Numbered from the whole stretch's first letter, positions 11,119 through 20,930 are shown. The stretch: 52,353 nt of DNA, filler included, from a bacterium (GCA_040757115.1; 3 parts of 3 records of this genome joined end to end with filler, not necessarily neighbours in it); one strand, 5' to 3'. The notes: generated by a model from the letters alone, not told the origin. Made by a program: numbers and translations.

Positions 11119-12570
11119 ATGGCATATAAATCTTTTCAGGAATTTATACAAGAACTTGAAAGAATAGGAGAATTAAAACGGATAAAGAGTAAAGTTAGTC
11201 CTATATTAGAAATTACCGAGATTACAGATAGATTCTGTAAAAATCAGGGGCCGGCGTTACTATTTGAGCAAGTAGATGGGGCTTTAATTCCTGTTGTTAC
11301 AAATGCTTATGGCTCAATGGAAAGAATGGCATTGGCTTTAGGGGTAGAAAATCTCAATAAAATAGTTACTGAGATTGAAAATCTTATAAATACCGAAGTT
11401 CCAGATAATTTAATAGATAAACTTAAATTAATTCCTAAAGTATCTCAATTTGCCTCATTCATTCCTAAGAAAGTATCAGCAGGACTTTGCAAAGAAATAA
11501 TTATTGATAATCCTGATTTGAGCATTTTACCTATATTAAAATGCTGGCCTGAAGATGGAGGTAAGTTTATTACCCTGCCTATTGTTATTACTAAAAATCC
11601 CAGAACAGGTATCCGTAATCTGGGGATGTATAGAATGCAGGTGTATGATTCAAAGACTACAGGTATGCATTGGCATCCACATAAAGTTGGGGCAAAACAC
11701 TTTCAATTATATAAAGAAGTCGGAGAAAAGATGCCTGTTGCTGTTTGTTTAGGTGGTGACCCGGCAATTACTTATGCCGCCACTGCCCCTTTACCAGAAG
11801 AAATAGATGAATTGCTATTTGCTGGATTTTTACGAAAAAAACCTGTAGAAATTACCCAATGTCAAACAATTGATTTAGAAATTCCTGCTGACTCAGAGAT
11901 AGTCTTAGAAGGTTATGTTGACCCTACGGAAGAATTGCGACTTGAAGGACCTTTTGGTGACCATACAGGCTATTACTCACTTCCAGAAAAATATCCGGTA
12001 TTTCATCTGACCTGTATCACACATCGAAAAAATCCTATTTATCCAGCAACCATTGTTGGTAAACCACCTATGGAAGATTGTTTTATGGCTAAAGCCACAG
12101 AACGAATATTTTTACCTTTGATAAAACTCATATTCCCAGAAATAATAGACATAAATTTACCCATTGAAGGGGTATTTCATAATTTAGCCTTTGTCTCAAT
12201 TAAAAAAAGTTACCCTGGTCATGCCAAAAAGGTAATGCATGGTTTATGGGGATTAGGACAATTGATGTTCACGAAAATAATTGTTGTTTTGGATGAAGAT
12301 GTAGATGTCCAGAATTTGCAAGAGGTTATCTGGCGTATTGGAAATAATGTTGACCCCAAGCGTGATTTTATCTTTGTTGAGGGACCTGTTGATACCTTAA
12401 ATCATGCCGCTCCTTATCCAGGATTAGGCTCTAAAGTCGGCATTGATGCTACTAAAAAATCTAAAGAAGAAGGTTTTATGAGAGAATGGCCGCAAGATAT
12501 AAAGATGTCAAAGGAAGTAAAAAGAAAAATAGATAGTATCTGGGGAGAGATGGTAATCAGTAAGTGGTGA
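11119..12570 (+). CDS. ubiD: UbiD-family (menaquinone biosynthesis-type) decarboxylase
   Basis: NLGMYRMQ and EGPFGDHTGYY motifs; ubiX nearby. Confidence 0.93.
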   Translation: MAYKSFQEFIQELERIGELKRIKSKVSPILEITEITDRFCKNQGPALLFEQVDGALIPVVTNAYGSMERMALALGVENLNKIVTEIENLINTEVPDNLIDKLKLIPKVSQFASFIPKKVSAGLCKEIIIDNPDLSILPILKCWPEDGGKFITLPIVITKNPRTGIRNLGMYRMQVYDSKTTGMHWHPHKVGAKHFQLYKEVGEKMPVAVCLGGDPAITYAATAPLPEEIDELLFAGFLRKKPVEITQCQTIDLEIPADSEIVLEGYVDPTEELRLEGPFGDHTGYYSLPEKYPVFHLTCITHRKNPIYPATIVGKPPMEDCFMAKATERIFLPLIKLIFPEIIDINLPIEGVFHNLAFVSIKKSYPGHAKKVMHGLWGLGQLMFTKIIVVLDEDVDVQNLQEVIWRIGNNVDPKRDFIFVEGPVDTLNHAAPYPGLGSKVGIDATKKSKEEGFMREWPQDIKMSKEVKRKIDSIWGEMVISKW

Positions 12571-12603
12571 GGTGAACGGTTACCTGTTTTCATCATTTTT
12601 TAG

Positions 12604-12633
12604 TTGACAGAGCCTTTAATTCTGTGATAAAAT
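12604..12633 (+). promoter_or_regulatory. sigma70 promoter for the NTase-HEPN gene
   Basis: TTGACA-18-TAAAAT with TG. Confidence 0.55.
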
Positions 12634-12662
12634 AAATCAAGAATAAAAAGAGGAATCATAAC

Positions 12663-13349
12663 TTGAAATTAAATAAAGAATTTTCTAATCAAATAAAGTC
12701 TCTATTACTTAAATACGACCCTGATATAGTAGAAATCATACAATTTGGAAGTTCTGTCTATGGTCTTAAGTATGCAAGAGATTTAGACTTATTAATATTT
12801 ACTAAAAAAAAGAAGGGCTACGGAGGTTATTTAGATGCTCTTTCAAACTTAAATTTCCCATACTGGATTGATATTATAGTCAATAGAATTGATGAGTCAT
12901 TAGATGGATTAGCTAATGCAGTGTTAGTTTTTAATAAAATTTTATATGGGGATGGGAGGTATTTAATGGAAGCGACTAAGGATACCAATAAGCCAAACTA
13001 TAAAGAAGCAAAAGCAGAATTGAAAAATGCGAAAGATATCCTGAAATTAGGATTAGAGATTAAAGAAAAATTAAGGAAAGAGCACTTTTTCAGAAATGCT
13101 TTCAATAGTTTATTTCATGCTGTAAGATTTGCTTCAAGGGTATATTTATCTACTGATGAAAAGAGATGGGGTGAACTTAAAAAGAGACTCCCTAATCCAT
13201 ATCAAAAAGAATTTGAAAATTATATATCCACCTTACATATAAAATATTTCTATGATGGAAACTATCCAAAAGATAAAGTAAAAGAGGAGTTTGAAATCTG
13301 GTATAATAAAGTTAAAGACTATATTGAAAATCTACAGAAACAAAGCTAA
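12663..13349 (+). CDS. minimal nucleotidyltransferase fused to a HEPN-like helical domain
   Basis: FGSSVYG..DLDLLI (GS..DxD) motif followed by an all-helical C-terminal half. Confidence 0.7.
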   Translation: MKLNKEFSNQIKSLLLKYDPDIVEIIQFGSSVYGLKYARDLDLLIFTKKKKGYGGYLDALSNLNFPYWIDIIVNRIDESLDGLANAVLVFNKILYGDGRYLMEATKDTNKPNYKEAKAELKNAKDILKLGLEIKEKLRKEHFFRNAFNSLFHAVRFASRVYLSTDEKRWGELKKRLPNPYQKEFENYISTLHIKYFYDGNYPKDKVKEEFEIWYNKVKDYIENLQKQS

Positions 13350-13390
13350 AATGAGGATAGATAGGACTCACCTATGAAAAGGGTTTGTAA

Positions 13391-13996
13391 ATGAAGATAA
13401 TTGTTGCTATTACCGGAGCAAGTGGAATTATCTATGCGAAAAGATTACTTGAATTACTTGTTCAACAAAAGCAAATAGAGATTGTTCTTACTCTATCTAA
13501 AAATTCTATTCTTACTATTGAAGACGAGTTAAATTTAAAAGTAGATTTAAAAAATTTTAAACCTGAAGATTTGCTGGGGAAAGAAGGAAAATCTATAAGT
13601 TATTTTCATTATGAAGATTTAAGCCCTGATTTTATAAGTGGTTCAAATTATTTTGATGCATTTGTGATTATTCCTTGTAGTATGGGGACATTAAGCCGAA
13701 TTGCGGCTGGGTTATCAGATAATCTTATCGGACGCACCGCAGATGTTGCTTTAAAAGAACAACGCAAATTTATTCTTGTGCCACGAGAAACCCCTTTAAA
13801 TTACATCCACCTGCGAAATATGTTAGAACTCGTCCAGGCAGGTGCTGTAATCCTACCTGCCTGCCCGGGTTTTTACCATCACCCAAAAACAATAAATGAT
13901 TTAGTTGATTTTCTTGTTTCGAGGGTTTTAGACCATTTAGGAATAAAAACTAATGTCGTCATTAAGTGGAAAAATCCGCAAAATAATACAGAATGA
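13391..13996 (+). CDS. ubiX: flavin prenyltransferase
   Basis: AITGASG, PCSMGTL, LKEQRKFILVPRETP and PGFYHHP motifs. Confidence 0.96.
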   Translation: MKIIVAITGASGIIYAKRLLELLVQQKQIEIVLTLSKNSILTIEDELNLKVDLKNFKPEDLLGKEGKSISYFHYEDLSPDFISGSNYFDAFVIIPCSMGTLSRIAAGLSDNLIGRTADVALKEQRKFILVPRETPLNYIHLRNMLELVQAGAVILPACPGFYHHPKTINDLVDFLVSRVLDHLGIKTNVVIKWKNPQNNTE

Positions 13997-14008
13997 TTAA
14001 TTTTATTC

Positions 14009-14753
14009 GTAACTATTCAGCCACTGATTGACACGGATGAGCACGGATAAATAGCAGAAATCAGAGGGCAGAGGGCAGAAGGCAGAGGACAGATGAGAAA
14101 TGGGGAAACGGAGAAAGGGAGAAACGGAGAAGGAGAGGAGACACGAGGCACTATACCTGAATTTTCAGCCATCAGCCATCACCCTAATTACGGACACGGA
14201 AAACGGACACGGATTACGAATTTTGGTGGTGTCTTAATCTAGCATAAAGGTTAAAATAGTGTATAGGGTTCTGCAAAATAGGATTTGAGGGAGACAACAA
14301 ATAAATATCAAATATCAAATATTAAATATCAAATATAAATATCAAAATGCAAAATTACAAATCAAATTTCAAAGAGGAAGTAGCAGGGTTTCTCAAAGAG
14401 TTGGAGGAATTTGGTAATATCTTTGCTTCAAGTATTTTAACGCTGAAAGGAAAGAGATAATTTTACTGAACTTTGGCAAATTTGCAAATTCTCTGAAAAA
14501 CTTAAAACTAAAAGCGTAAAACCCAAAACCGTTGATAGTTTAGAGTTGATAGTTTAGAGTTGATAGTTGATAGTTGATAGTTGAAGGACTATAAACCATA
14601 AACCATAAACTATAAACGAGTTTTGCATTTTGCTCTTTGGAGAAAATCCCTTTTGGACACCAAATCTGCATAGATTTCACTATTAGAGTTATTTTCAGAC
14701 ACCACCCGAATTTTCAGTGTTTCATCTGTGTCCATCTGTGGCTGAATAGTTAT
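14009..14753. mobile_element. GTAAC-family MITE type D with a nested type G element
   Basis: GTAACTATTCAG..CTGAATAGTTAT ends; CACGGAT 9-mer arms. Left ends of the same type occur at 21546, 30526 and ~41515. Confidence 0.8.
14225..14706. mobile_element. MITE type G (TIR GGTGGTGTCT) containing the left part of type F and a four-helix-bundle remnant
   Basis: 8-bp TSD CGAATTTT at 14217-14224 and 14707-14714; second copy at 23036-23517. Confidence 0.9.
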
Positions 14754-14766
14754 GCAGACTTATTTA

Positions 14767-14912
14767 GAGCGGTTATTAACTGGAAGTTTACATAGGATAA
14801 TACCCATAAATAAGGCATGAGAATAATCGTTCCGTTAGGAACATAATATCGGTAGGAATAGATAGACAAATCAATCAGTTCCGTAGGAACGATATATTGG
14901 TAGAAAATTTAT
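14767..14912. mobile_element. partial type E element
   Basis: Matches 41557-41701; truncated by a type C element. Confidence 0.8.
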
Positions 14913-14972
14913 CCACCTGTGCGATTAGACTAATTCATCGCAGAGACGCAAAGGAAAAATAAATGTGAAATG

Positions 14973-15298
14973 GTAACTATTCACCCTGTAGGAAAGTAGG
15001 AGAGTAGGGAAGTAGGAAAGGGAAAGAAAATGAAAATGAATGAGAAGTTAGATGATTTAGACAACTTGTAGTATGGCAAAAAAACCATCATTTAGTGATA
15101 AGAACATACGAAATAACCAAAAACTTCCCCACTGAAGAAAAATATGGATTGGTGCAACAGATGTGCACAGCGGCTGTTTCTATTTCAGCAAATATTGCAG
15201 ATCAATTAAGAGTAAAATAGTATGAAGTATTTTCCCCCTTTCCTACTTCCTACTTCCTACTTCCTGCTTGCTTGGTATTTGGTATGCTGAATAGTTAC
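14973..15298. mobile_element. GTAAC-family MITE carrying a four-helix-bundle pseudogene
   Basis: GTAACTATTCA/TGAATAGTTAC ends. 8-bp TSD GTGAAATG at 14965-14972 and 15299-15306. AGTAGG(A/G)/CCTACTT 7-mer arms. Confidence 0.92.
15030..15220 (+). pseudogene. four-helix-bundle protein, N-terminal half (frameshifted, truncated)
   Basis: MKMNEKLDD / FRQLVVWQKNHHLVIRTYEITKNFPTEEKYGLVQQMCTAAVSISANIA, matching the family pattern F..L.VWQK..FP.EE.YGL..Q...AA.SI..NIAEG. Confidence 0.85.
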
Positions 15299-15430
15299 GT
15301 GAAATGTAAAATAGGAAATGAAAAATGGGAAATTTTAGTACTTCGCAAGACTCATTACCTTTCAGTTATACATTTTCATTGGACATTTCTCATTTTACAT
15401 TATCCATTTTACATTTAACCGCACAGGTCG

Positions 15431-15580
15431 AAAAGATTTGTAGTGCGAGACTTTAGCCTCGCTTCTGGCAAGCAATGGTTCGCACTACATTTATCGAATG
15501 TCACAGGTTAATTCGTGTCCATTTGTGGCTAATTTCTCTAATTCTCTGTGAACTATGTGCCTCTGTGGCTGAACGGTTAC
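15431..15580. mobile_element. left arm of a type B MITE (inverted)
   Basis: Reverse complement of 5140-5303 with a small internal deletion. Confidence 0.85.
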
Positions 15581-15907
15581 AATAGTTTAGATGAAAATCT
15601 GGTCAAGAACAAAGGGGCAATAGAAGAGTTAGTTGGGGACATTGAGAGGAATAAGAGAGATATTCCCTGTTATGCGTATGCGGTTAGGAAGAGACCTGGA
15701 TTTCGTAATTCGAGCAATATAGGTGAGAAAATGAATGACCTTATTGTGTCAGAGAGACAGAAACATAATGGGATGAGTTGGTCTAAGTCTGGTTCAATAG
15801 GTCTTGCTTCAATAACTGCGATGAAAAGAAACAATGAGGCTAAAAGATGGTTTGAACAAGGTGATATAGAGTTCAAACTGGCAGCTTAATCCTAACCATA
15901 CAGGTGG
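15581..15907 (+). pseudogene. C-terminal remnant and right end of a Mutator-like (ISLre2/ISKra4/UPF0236-type) DDE transposase
   Basis: NSSNIGEKMNDLIVSERQKHNGMSWSKSGS resembles the E..R.K..GM.W...G motif. The stop at 15889 is followed by TIR CTAACCATACAGGTGG (15892-15907). Confidence 0.7.
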
Positions 15908-15917
15908 AAAATTTTTG

Positions 15918-15946
15918 TTGACAATAGGGAAAGATTTTGGTAAAAT
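15918..15946 (+). promoter_or_regulatory. sigma70 promoter for the toxin-antitoxin operon
   Basis: TTGACA-17-TAAAAT with TG. Confidence 0.65.
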
Positions 15947-15950
15947 ATTC

Positions 15951-16187
15951 CGACCTGTGAAATAGGTCGACCTGGGAAAACAAAATTATACTCCACTGCT
16001 TGGTGTAAGAAAAGGAGATAGGGAGATTAAGGAGATAAGGGGATATTATTCTAATTCCACTCTTCTAAAATCTGCCTTTTCTTTAGCAAAGTGGACAAGA
16101 ATAGCACTGATATCTCCATATCTCCTTTATCCCCTTATCCCCCTTCTTATACTAACCATAATCAAAATATTCCTATTTCACAGGTCG
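15951..16187. mobile_element. type C MITE (GGAGATAAG-arm interior)
   Basis: Perfect 16-bp TIR CGACCTGTGAAATAGG. 8-bp TSD AAATATTC at 15943-15950 and 16188-16195. Confidence 0.92.
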
Positions 16188-16275
16188 AAATATTCCCATA
16201 ATGGGCAAAAGTGAAGGTAATATCCAAAATGCACCAAAAAGCAAATTCCTATCAGTTTATGGAGGTGAGTTTATA

Positions 16276-16542
16276 ATGGGAATTAGAAGTGTTGAAGCAA
16301 TAAATCCATTAGAAGGAGAATTTCCACTTATTTTGGAAAAGGGTTGCCCTAAGGCTTTTGTTGTAGAGGTAAAGGTCTTTCAAATGCTCAAGATACTCGT
16401 AGATAATCTTCTTGAAAAAGAGCAAGAACCAGAGGATGTTTTACTATCAACTTCTAAGGCATTCCAAAGGCTTTTAAATTCTGTTGAAAAAGAAGATAGT
16501 AAGCCATCTTCGGATTGGAGAAAAGAGCTTTATGAGATTTGA
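16276..16542 (+). CDS. putative antitoxin
   Basis: Small acidic ORF with GGAGGTG RBS, overlapping the start of a RelE-like toxin; ends in a W..EL motif. Confidence 0.65.
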   Translation: MGIRSVEAINPLEGEFPLILEKGCPKAFVVEVKVFQMLKILVDNLLEKEQEPEDVLLSTSKAFQRLLNSVEKEDSKPSSDWRKELYEI

Positions 16543-16870
16543 GATTCGGTTTTCAAAACCATTTAAGCGTAGTATTCACCATCTGGAAAAGAAATATCAG
16601 CACATTCGGTCTGATTTGGAGTCAGCAATTGAAGTGTTGTTAATTTACCCTGATTTAGGAAAAGTGATACCTAATACGCAGGGAGTGCGAAAACTTCGTG
16701 TTAAAAGCAGCGATATGGTTAAAGGTAAGCGTGGGGGCTTTCGCTTGTTGTATTTACTTGATAGGGAAAAAAGTTGTATTACTTTGTTATTTGTTTATGC
16801 TAAGCCAGAGAAAAAAGACATAAGCCCAAAAGAGATTGAGTCAGTTATAGAAGAAGCCTTAAGGGAATAA
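16532..16870 (+). CDS. RelE/ParE-family (HigB-like) toxin
   Basis: F.R..K.L.KKY and G..I....GVRKLRV..KGKRGGFRLLY..VYAK motifs. Confidence 0.85.
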   Translation: MRFEIRFSKPFKRSIHHLEKKYQHIRSDLESAIEVLLIYPDLGKVIPNTQGVRKLRVKSSDMVKGKRGGFRLLYLLDREKSCITLLFVYAKPEKKDISPKEIESVIEEALRE

Positions 16871-17197
16871 TGAAGAAGCTTTTGGGATTTTTGGTTTTGG
16901 GAATAGGGTTTATACCCAATACTGTTCGGAATGATTTTTGCTTAAACTATTTTTATTAAAGTGTTGTAACTCATTGATATTAAAGGAGAAAAAATTCTAG
17001 ACATTTTTCCTTTTTTATGTTATACTGGACTTTCGTAAATTTTATGCTACTTCTAAAGTTCTCTTTATCCTTATCAATCTGTTTATTTTGCTCAAAGATG
17101 GCAAAATTAGGCTCAAAAGCCTGATGATTTTTTGCAACTTATCCTTTGAAGTTGAGTTGATAAAAAATGCTTTACCTATTTTTTTCCCTTTGTGTCC

Positions 17198-17308
17198 TTT
17201 GCGTTACTACTTTGTGCCCTTTGTGATTTATCCTTTTTTAACCGCAAAGAACGCAAAGAAATCAACCGCAAAGAACGCAAAGAAATCAATCGCAAAGAAC
17301 GCAAAGAT
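17198..17308. repeat. 24-bp tandem repeat x3 (AACCGCAAAGAACGCAAAGAAATC) with inverted CTTTG(C/T)G units upstream
   Basis: Read directly from the sequence; built from the 9-mer CGCAAAGAA. Confidence 0.8.
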
Positions 17309-17679
17309 TAAAGGAGAAAGGAATCATAGAAAATTCACGGTAAGCGTTCAGGTGGTGTAACAAAAGGAGATGTGGAGATTAAGGAGATAGGGAGATATTA
17401 TTAAAAAAATTGAAATTAATAGAAACTAATACTCGATGTTCAAGTTTTTTAGTTTTAGGGGCATAAAGTCCTTATTTTTATTTTAGCTCAAGTGAGACAA
17501 TATGCTGTTCTCCATTTCAAGAAAGGGGTNNNNNNNNNNNNNNNNNNNNNNNNNNNNNNNNNNNNNNNNNNNNTTAATTAATTAANNNNNNNNNNNNNNN
17601 NNNNNNNNNNNNNNNNNNNNNNNNNNNNNCTATGGGACATTATTTGTATTTCTAAGTAAAGTTTTGAATAATAACTGCT

Positions 17680-17861
17680 ATAATTTTACATTTTGATGTT
17701 TGATTTTTAATTTATTTTATGGTATTCCAGAAAAGTGGAAGTTAATTTTGCAAAAATCATAAGCCTCGCGCTACAAATCTTTTTATTATTCGTGTTCATT
17801 CGTAGTTATATATTCCCTCTGTGTTCTCTGTGACTCTGTGGCTATATCCCTGAACGGTTAC
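17680..17861. mobile_element. right arm of type B interrupted by an element ending TTTTGCAAAAATCA
   Basis: 17761-17861 matches 5281-5566 without the type C insert; 17680-17759 is the reverse complement of ~52240-52318. Confidence 0.8.
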
Positions 17862-17961
17862 CATTTTTTGCTTCGCAACATTTTGCTTACGCAACATACT
17901 TTGTATTCTCGCTTTGCTCGAATTCGGATGTTACCTTCACTTTTGCCCATTATTACATTTA

Positions 17962-18119
17962 TGAGGCTTTTTAGTGAATTTAAAAGAGGGAAGGTTTATA
18001 CTAAAAAATGTACACAATGTGATTATCGAGTTGCCTATGCGGGGATATATACAGAATACCTGGTAAACTATGAAGATTATGAATTTCTTCCTGTAAAAAT
18101 AAAAAGTCAGGGACAATAA
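17962..18119 (+). pseudogene. possible C-terminal (SPASM-like) remnant of a radical SAM protein
   Basis: KKCTQCDYRVAYAGIYTEYLVNYEDYEFLPV resembles the C..C.....C.G....Y...YG..E..P tail of HxsC-like enzymes. Confidence 0.5.
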
Positions 18120-18150
18120 ATTGTTGACAATATTATTAAAAGGGGTTAAA

Positions 18151-18310
18151 ATGGGAGGAGTCTTAACATTATACTTTTCTTCTAAATGCAATAATAACTG
18201 TATCTCTTGTGTAAATGAAGATATACCCTTTGAAATATCTTTATCTAAAATCAAGAAATATATTATGGTATGGAGATAGCGAAATTGAACCTGTAAAGAT
18301 TAGGAGGTAA
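18151..18310 (+). pseudogene. internally deleted radical SAM gene
   Basis: MGGVLTLYFSSKCNNNCISC (CxxxCxxC), stop at 18279. An out-of-frame tail YGDSEIEPVKIRR* ends at 18310. Confidence 0.65.
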
Positions 18311-18317
18311 TGAATTA

Positions 18318-19340
18318 ATGATAGTAGCAAAGGATATTTCTAAGAGTTTTAAAATACCTTTGAAAAAGGAAGGATTATTTGGTGCTATTTTAGGCTTATT
18401 CTCCAGAAAATATATTCTTAAGGAAGCAATAAAATCAATCAGTTTTTCTATAGAGCAGGGTCAGATAGTAGGAATAATAGGACCAAATGGTGCTGGAAAA
18501 TCAACACTTATTAAAATGTTGTCGGGCATTTTAATTCCAGATAAAGGTGAGATTAAAAGCATGGGTTTTATTCCCTACAAGGAGAGAAGAAGATATACCC
18601 AAAATATTGGTGTAGTCTTTGGACAACGGAGTCAATTATGGTGGGACCTGCCTGTGTGTGAATCCTACACACTTCTACAGAAAATATACCGTATTGACAC
18701 TCATACTTTCAATACAAGATTAGAAGAACTTTCAGAATTGTTGGAAGTCAAGAAATTACTTTACCAACCGGTAAGAACTCTAAGCCTGGGAGAAAAGATG
18801 CGATGCGAAATAATAGCTTCACTCCTCCATAAACCCCGGGTGCTATTTTTAGATGAACCTACTATTGGACTGGATATAATAGCTAAAACAAAAATAAGGG
18901 ATTTTATAAAAGAATGGAATAGAAAAAGCGATTGTATAGTCATCTTGACTACTCATGACTTATCTGATGTCCAGGATATATGCAGGAGGATAATTATTAT
19001 TGATGAGGGTAATATTGTCTTTGATGGCAATCTGGATACAGTAGTTAAAAGATTTAGTAATTTTAGAAGATTAATTGTAAATTTTTCACAAGATAATGTG
19101 AGTATAGAGAAGATATATCAATCCTTTGGTGGTGATAAAAAAATCTCAATTAAAGAATTAGAAATAACCGAAGAAGATAATAATTTTCTAATTAAATTTT
19201 CTGATGCCAATAATTCAATAATCTCATTGATAGATAATCTCTTTAACAATTTCTCTGTCTGTGATGTAAAGATTCAACAACCTTCAATTGAAACAGTCAT
19301 AAGGCTAATATATGAGAAAAAGGTGGATCTAAATTCATGA
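18318..19340 (+). CDS. ABC transporter ATP-binding protein (ABC-2 exporter type)
   Basis: GPNGAGKST, LSLGE, LFLDEPTIGLD and LTTHD motifs. Confidence 0.95.
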   Translation: MIVAKDISKSFKIPLKKEGLFGAILGLFSRKYILKEAIKSISFSIEQGQIVGIIGPNGAGKSTLIKMLSGILIPDKGEIKSMGFIPYKERRRYTQNIGVVFGQRSQLWWDLPVCESYTLLQKIYRIDTHTFNTRLEELSELLEVKKLLYQPVRTLSLGEKMRCEIIASLLHKPRVLFLDEPTIGLDIIAKTKIRDFIKEWNRKSDCIVILTTHDLSDVQDICRRIIIIDEGNIVFDGNLDTVVKRFSNFRRLIVNFSQDNVSIEKIYQSFGGDKKISIKELEITEEDNNFLIKFSDANNSIISLIDNLFNNFSVCDVKIQQPSIETVIRLIYEKKVDLNS

Positions 19341-20131
19341 TGGATGTATATGTAGAATTTGCAAAAAAATCTTTTCAAAGACTATTGGCTTACCGGATGA
19401 GTATGGTCTTCAGGTTATGTGGTTTTTTGGTCTCGCTATTCGTAGTTTATTACCTTTGGAAAGCAATATTTACTACTTCTTCTGTTATTGAAGGATATTC
19501 ATTCAAAATGATGATCACATACTTGATTTTATCTTTTGCTATTAATGCACTTTATGACTTACCTGCTGAACATGAATTGGCAGATAAGATTATTCAAGGT
19601 GAAATAGCAATGGATTTAACTAAACCAATTGACCTACAAAGAATATTCTTTGCACAAAGTGTTGGTATAAGCATTAATCAACTAATTACCTATAATATTG
19701 CCTTCTTAATTGTTACTGCCTTTCTTTTTAAAATTGAACCTCCTTGTTCTATGATAGGATTTGTTTTCTTTATTATAAGCCTCCTGGTAGGATTTATAAT
19801 TATGACCGCCATAGGATTTATAACAGGAACTATATGTTTTTGGACAAGGGATGCCTGGGGCATATTTTTTGTAAAGACTGCCCTGCTAATATTCTTCTCT
19901 GGAGCTCTTATACCTTTACATTTCCTTCCCAAATGGTTGGAGAATATAGCTATGATTCTACCATTTCATGGAATTATATATACTCCTATCTCTATATATC
20001 TGGGAACAATATCTGATTACGGGGTTATAAATCTTTTATTAAATCAGACCATTGGTGCTATTTTATTAATTTCCCTTGGTAAAATGCTGTGGTATGTAGG
20101 AATAAAAAAGGTTGTTATTCAAGGAGGATAA
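19337..20131 (+). CDS. ABC-2 family permease
   Basis: About 6 TM segments; G.IA.DL.KP and FSGALIPL.FLP.W motifs. Confidence 0.9.
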   Translation: MMDVYVEFAKKSFQRLLAYRMSMVFRLCGFLVSLFVVYYLWKAIFTTSSVIEGYSFKMMITYLILSFAINALYDLPAEHELADKIIQGEIAMDLTKPIDLQRIFFAQSVGISINQLITYNIAFLIVTAFLFKIEPPCSMIGFVFFIISLLVGFIIMTAIGFITGTICFWTRDAWGIFFVKTALLIFFSGALIPLHFLPKWLENIAMILPFHGIIYTPISIYLGTISDYGVINLLLNQTIGAILLISLGKMLWYVGIKKVVIQGG

Positions 20132-20132
20132 G

Positions 20133-20930
20133 ATGGTTATTTCCCATTATCTAGAGCTATATCTTTGTTTCGTATCTCAACACTTAAAGAAAATATTAGA
20201 ATATAGGTTAAGCTTTTTTATTGGCATAATCCCTTTTATTCTCCTGCAGTTATTGCCAATAATTATTATCTGGGCTATCTTCAAAAAAGTGCCACATATA
20301 GCAGGATTTAATTTTAACGAGGTGCTATTCATTTATGGATTGGGAATTATCTGTTATGCCTTTGGAAGAATGTTATTTTCTAACTTAAACGACTTCGGAT
20401 ATCAATACATTATTAAAGGTGGATTGGATACCGTGTTAATCAAACCCATAAATCCTTTATTTTATATTGTTGCGAGTGATTTTTCAGAAAAAGAAATAGG
20501 GGAGTTATTAGTTGGGATAATTTTGATAATAAAGTCTATTATTGGTTTAGAGATACATCCTGGTATATTAGAATTTTTTGCCCTTCTTTATTTTCTCATA
20601 AATGGAATAATAATCTATGGGTCAATAAATTTAATTGCCGTTATTATATGTTTCTGGACAAAAGATCCAAGAGGATTAACCAGTCCAATAATGAGGATTC
20701 AAGAATTTTCCCAATATCCAGTAACCATCTATGGAAAAGCAGTAAGATTTATTATTACATGGATAATCCCTTTTGCATTTATAACCTTTTTCCCTGCAGT
20801 TTTTTTTATTCGGAGGGAAGAATTTGGTGGATACATCCTTTGTCTCCCTTTAATAGGAATAATCTTTCCCCTCATAGCTTATTTATTATGGTTAAAAGGA
20901 TTATCAAAATATGAAAGTAGCGGAACCTGA
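20133..20930 (+). CDS. ABC-2 family permease
   Basis: G.LD..L.KP and YP.TIY motifs; AGGAGG RBS before ATG 20133. Confidence 0.9.
   Translation: MVISHYLELYLCFVSQHLKKILEYRLSFFIGIIPFILLQLLPIIIIWAIFKKVPHIAGFNFNEVLFIYGLGIICYAFGRMLFSNLNDFGYQYIIKGGLDTVLIKPINPLFYIVASDFSEKEIGELLVGIILIIKSIIGLEIHPGILEFFALLYFLINGIIIYGSINLIAVIICFWTKDPRGLTSPIMRIQEFSQYPVTIYGKAVRFIITWIIPFAFITFFPAVFFIRREEFGGYILCLPLIGIIFPLIAYLLWLKGLSKYESSGT

Larger units (their letters stand above)
14913..15430. mobile_element. type C MITE with a nested GTAAC element
   Basis: Homologous to 5304-5481. Flanks differ (E on the left, B on the right), so no TSD. Confidence 0.88.

Noticed and set aside
8988-15220. Diversity-generating retroelement suggested by Avd-like four-helix-bundle remnants
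   Set aside because: No reverse transcriptase and no TR/VR pair with adenine-specific differences noticed in the window.
17530-17629. TTAATTAATTAA palindrome inside an N run (also at 35115-35214)
   Set aside because: Identical in both gaps: an artificial scaffold linker with stops in all frames. Adjacency across the gaps is not guaranteed.
17862-17935. GCTTCGC/CGCTTTGCTCG motifs resembling an integron attC site
   Set aside because: No convincing RYYYAAC..GTTRRRY-bounded stem and no integrase in the window.
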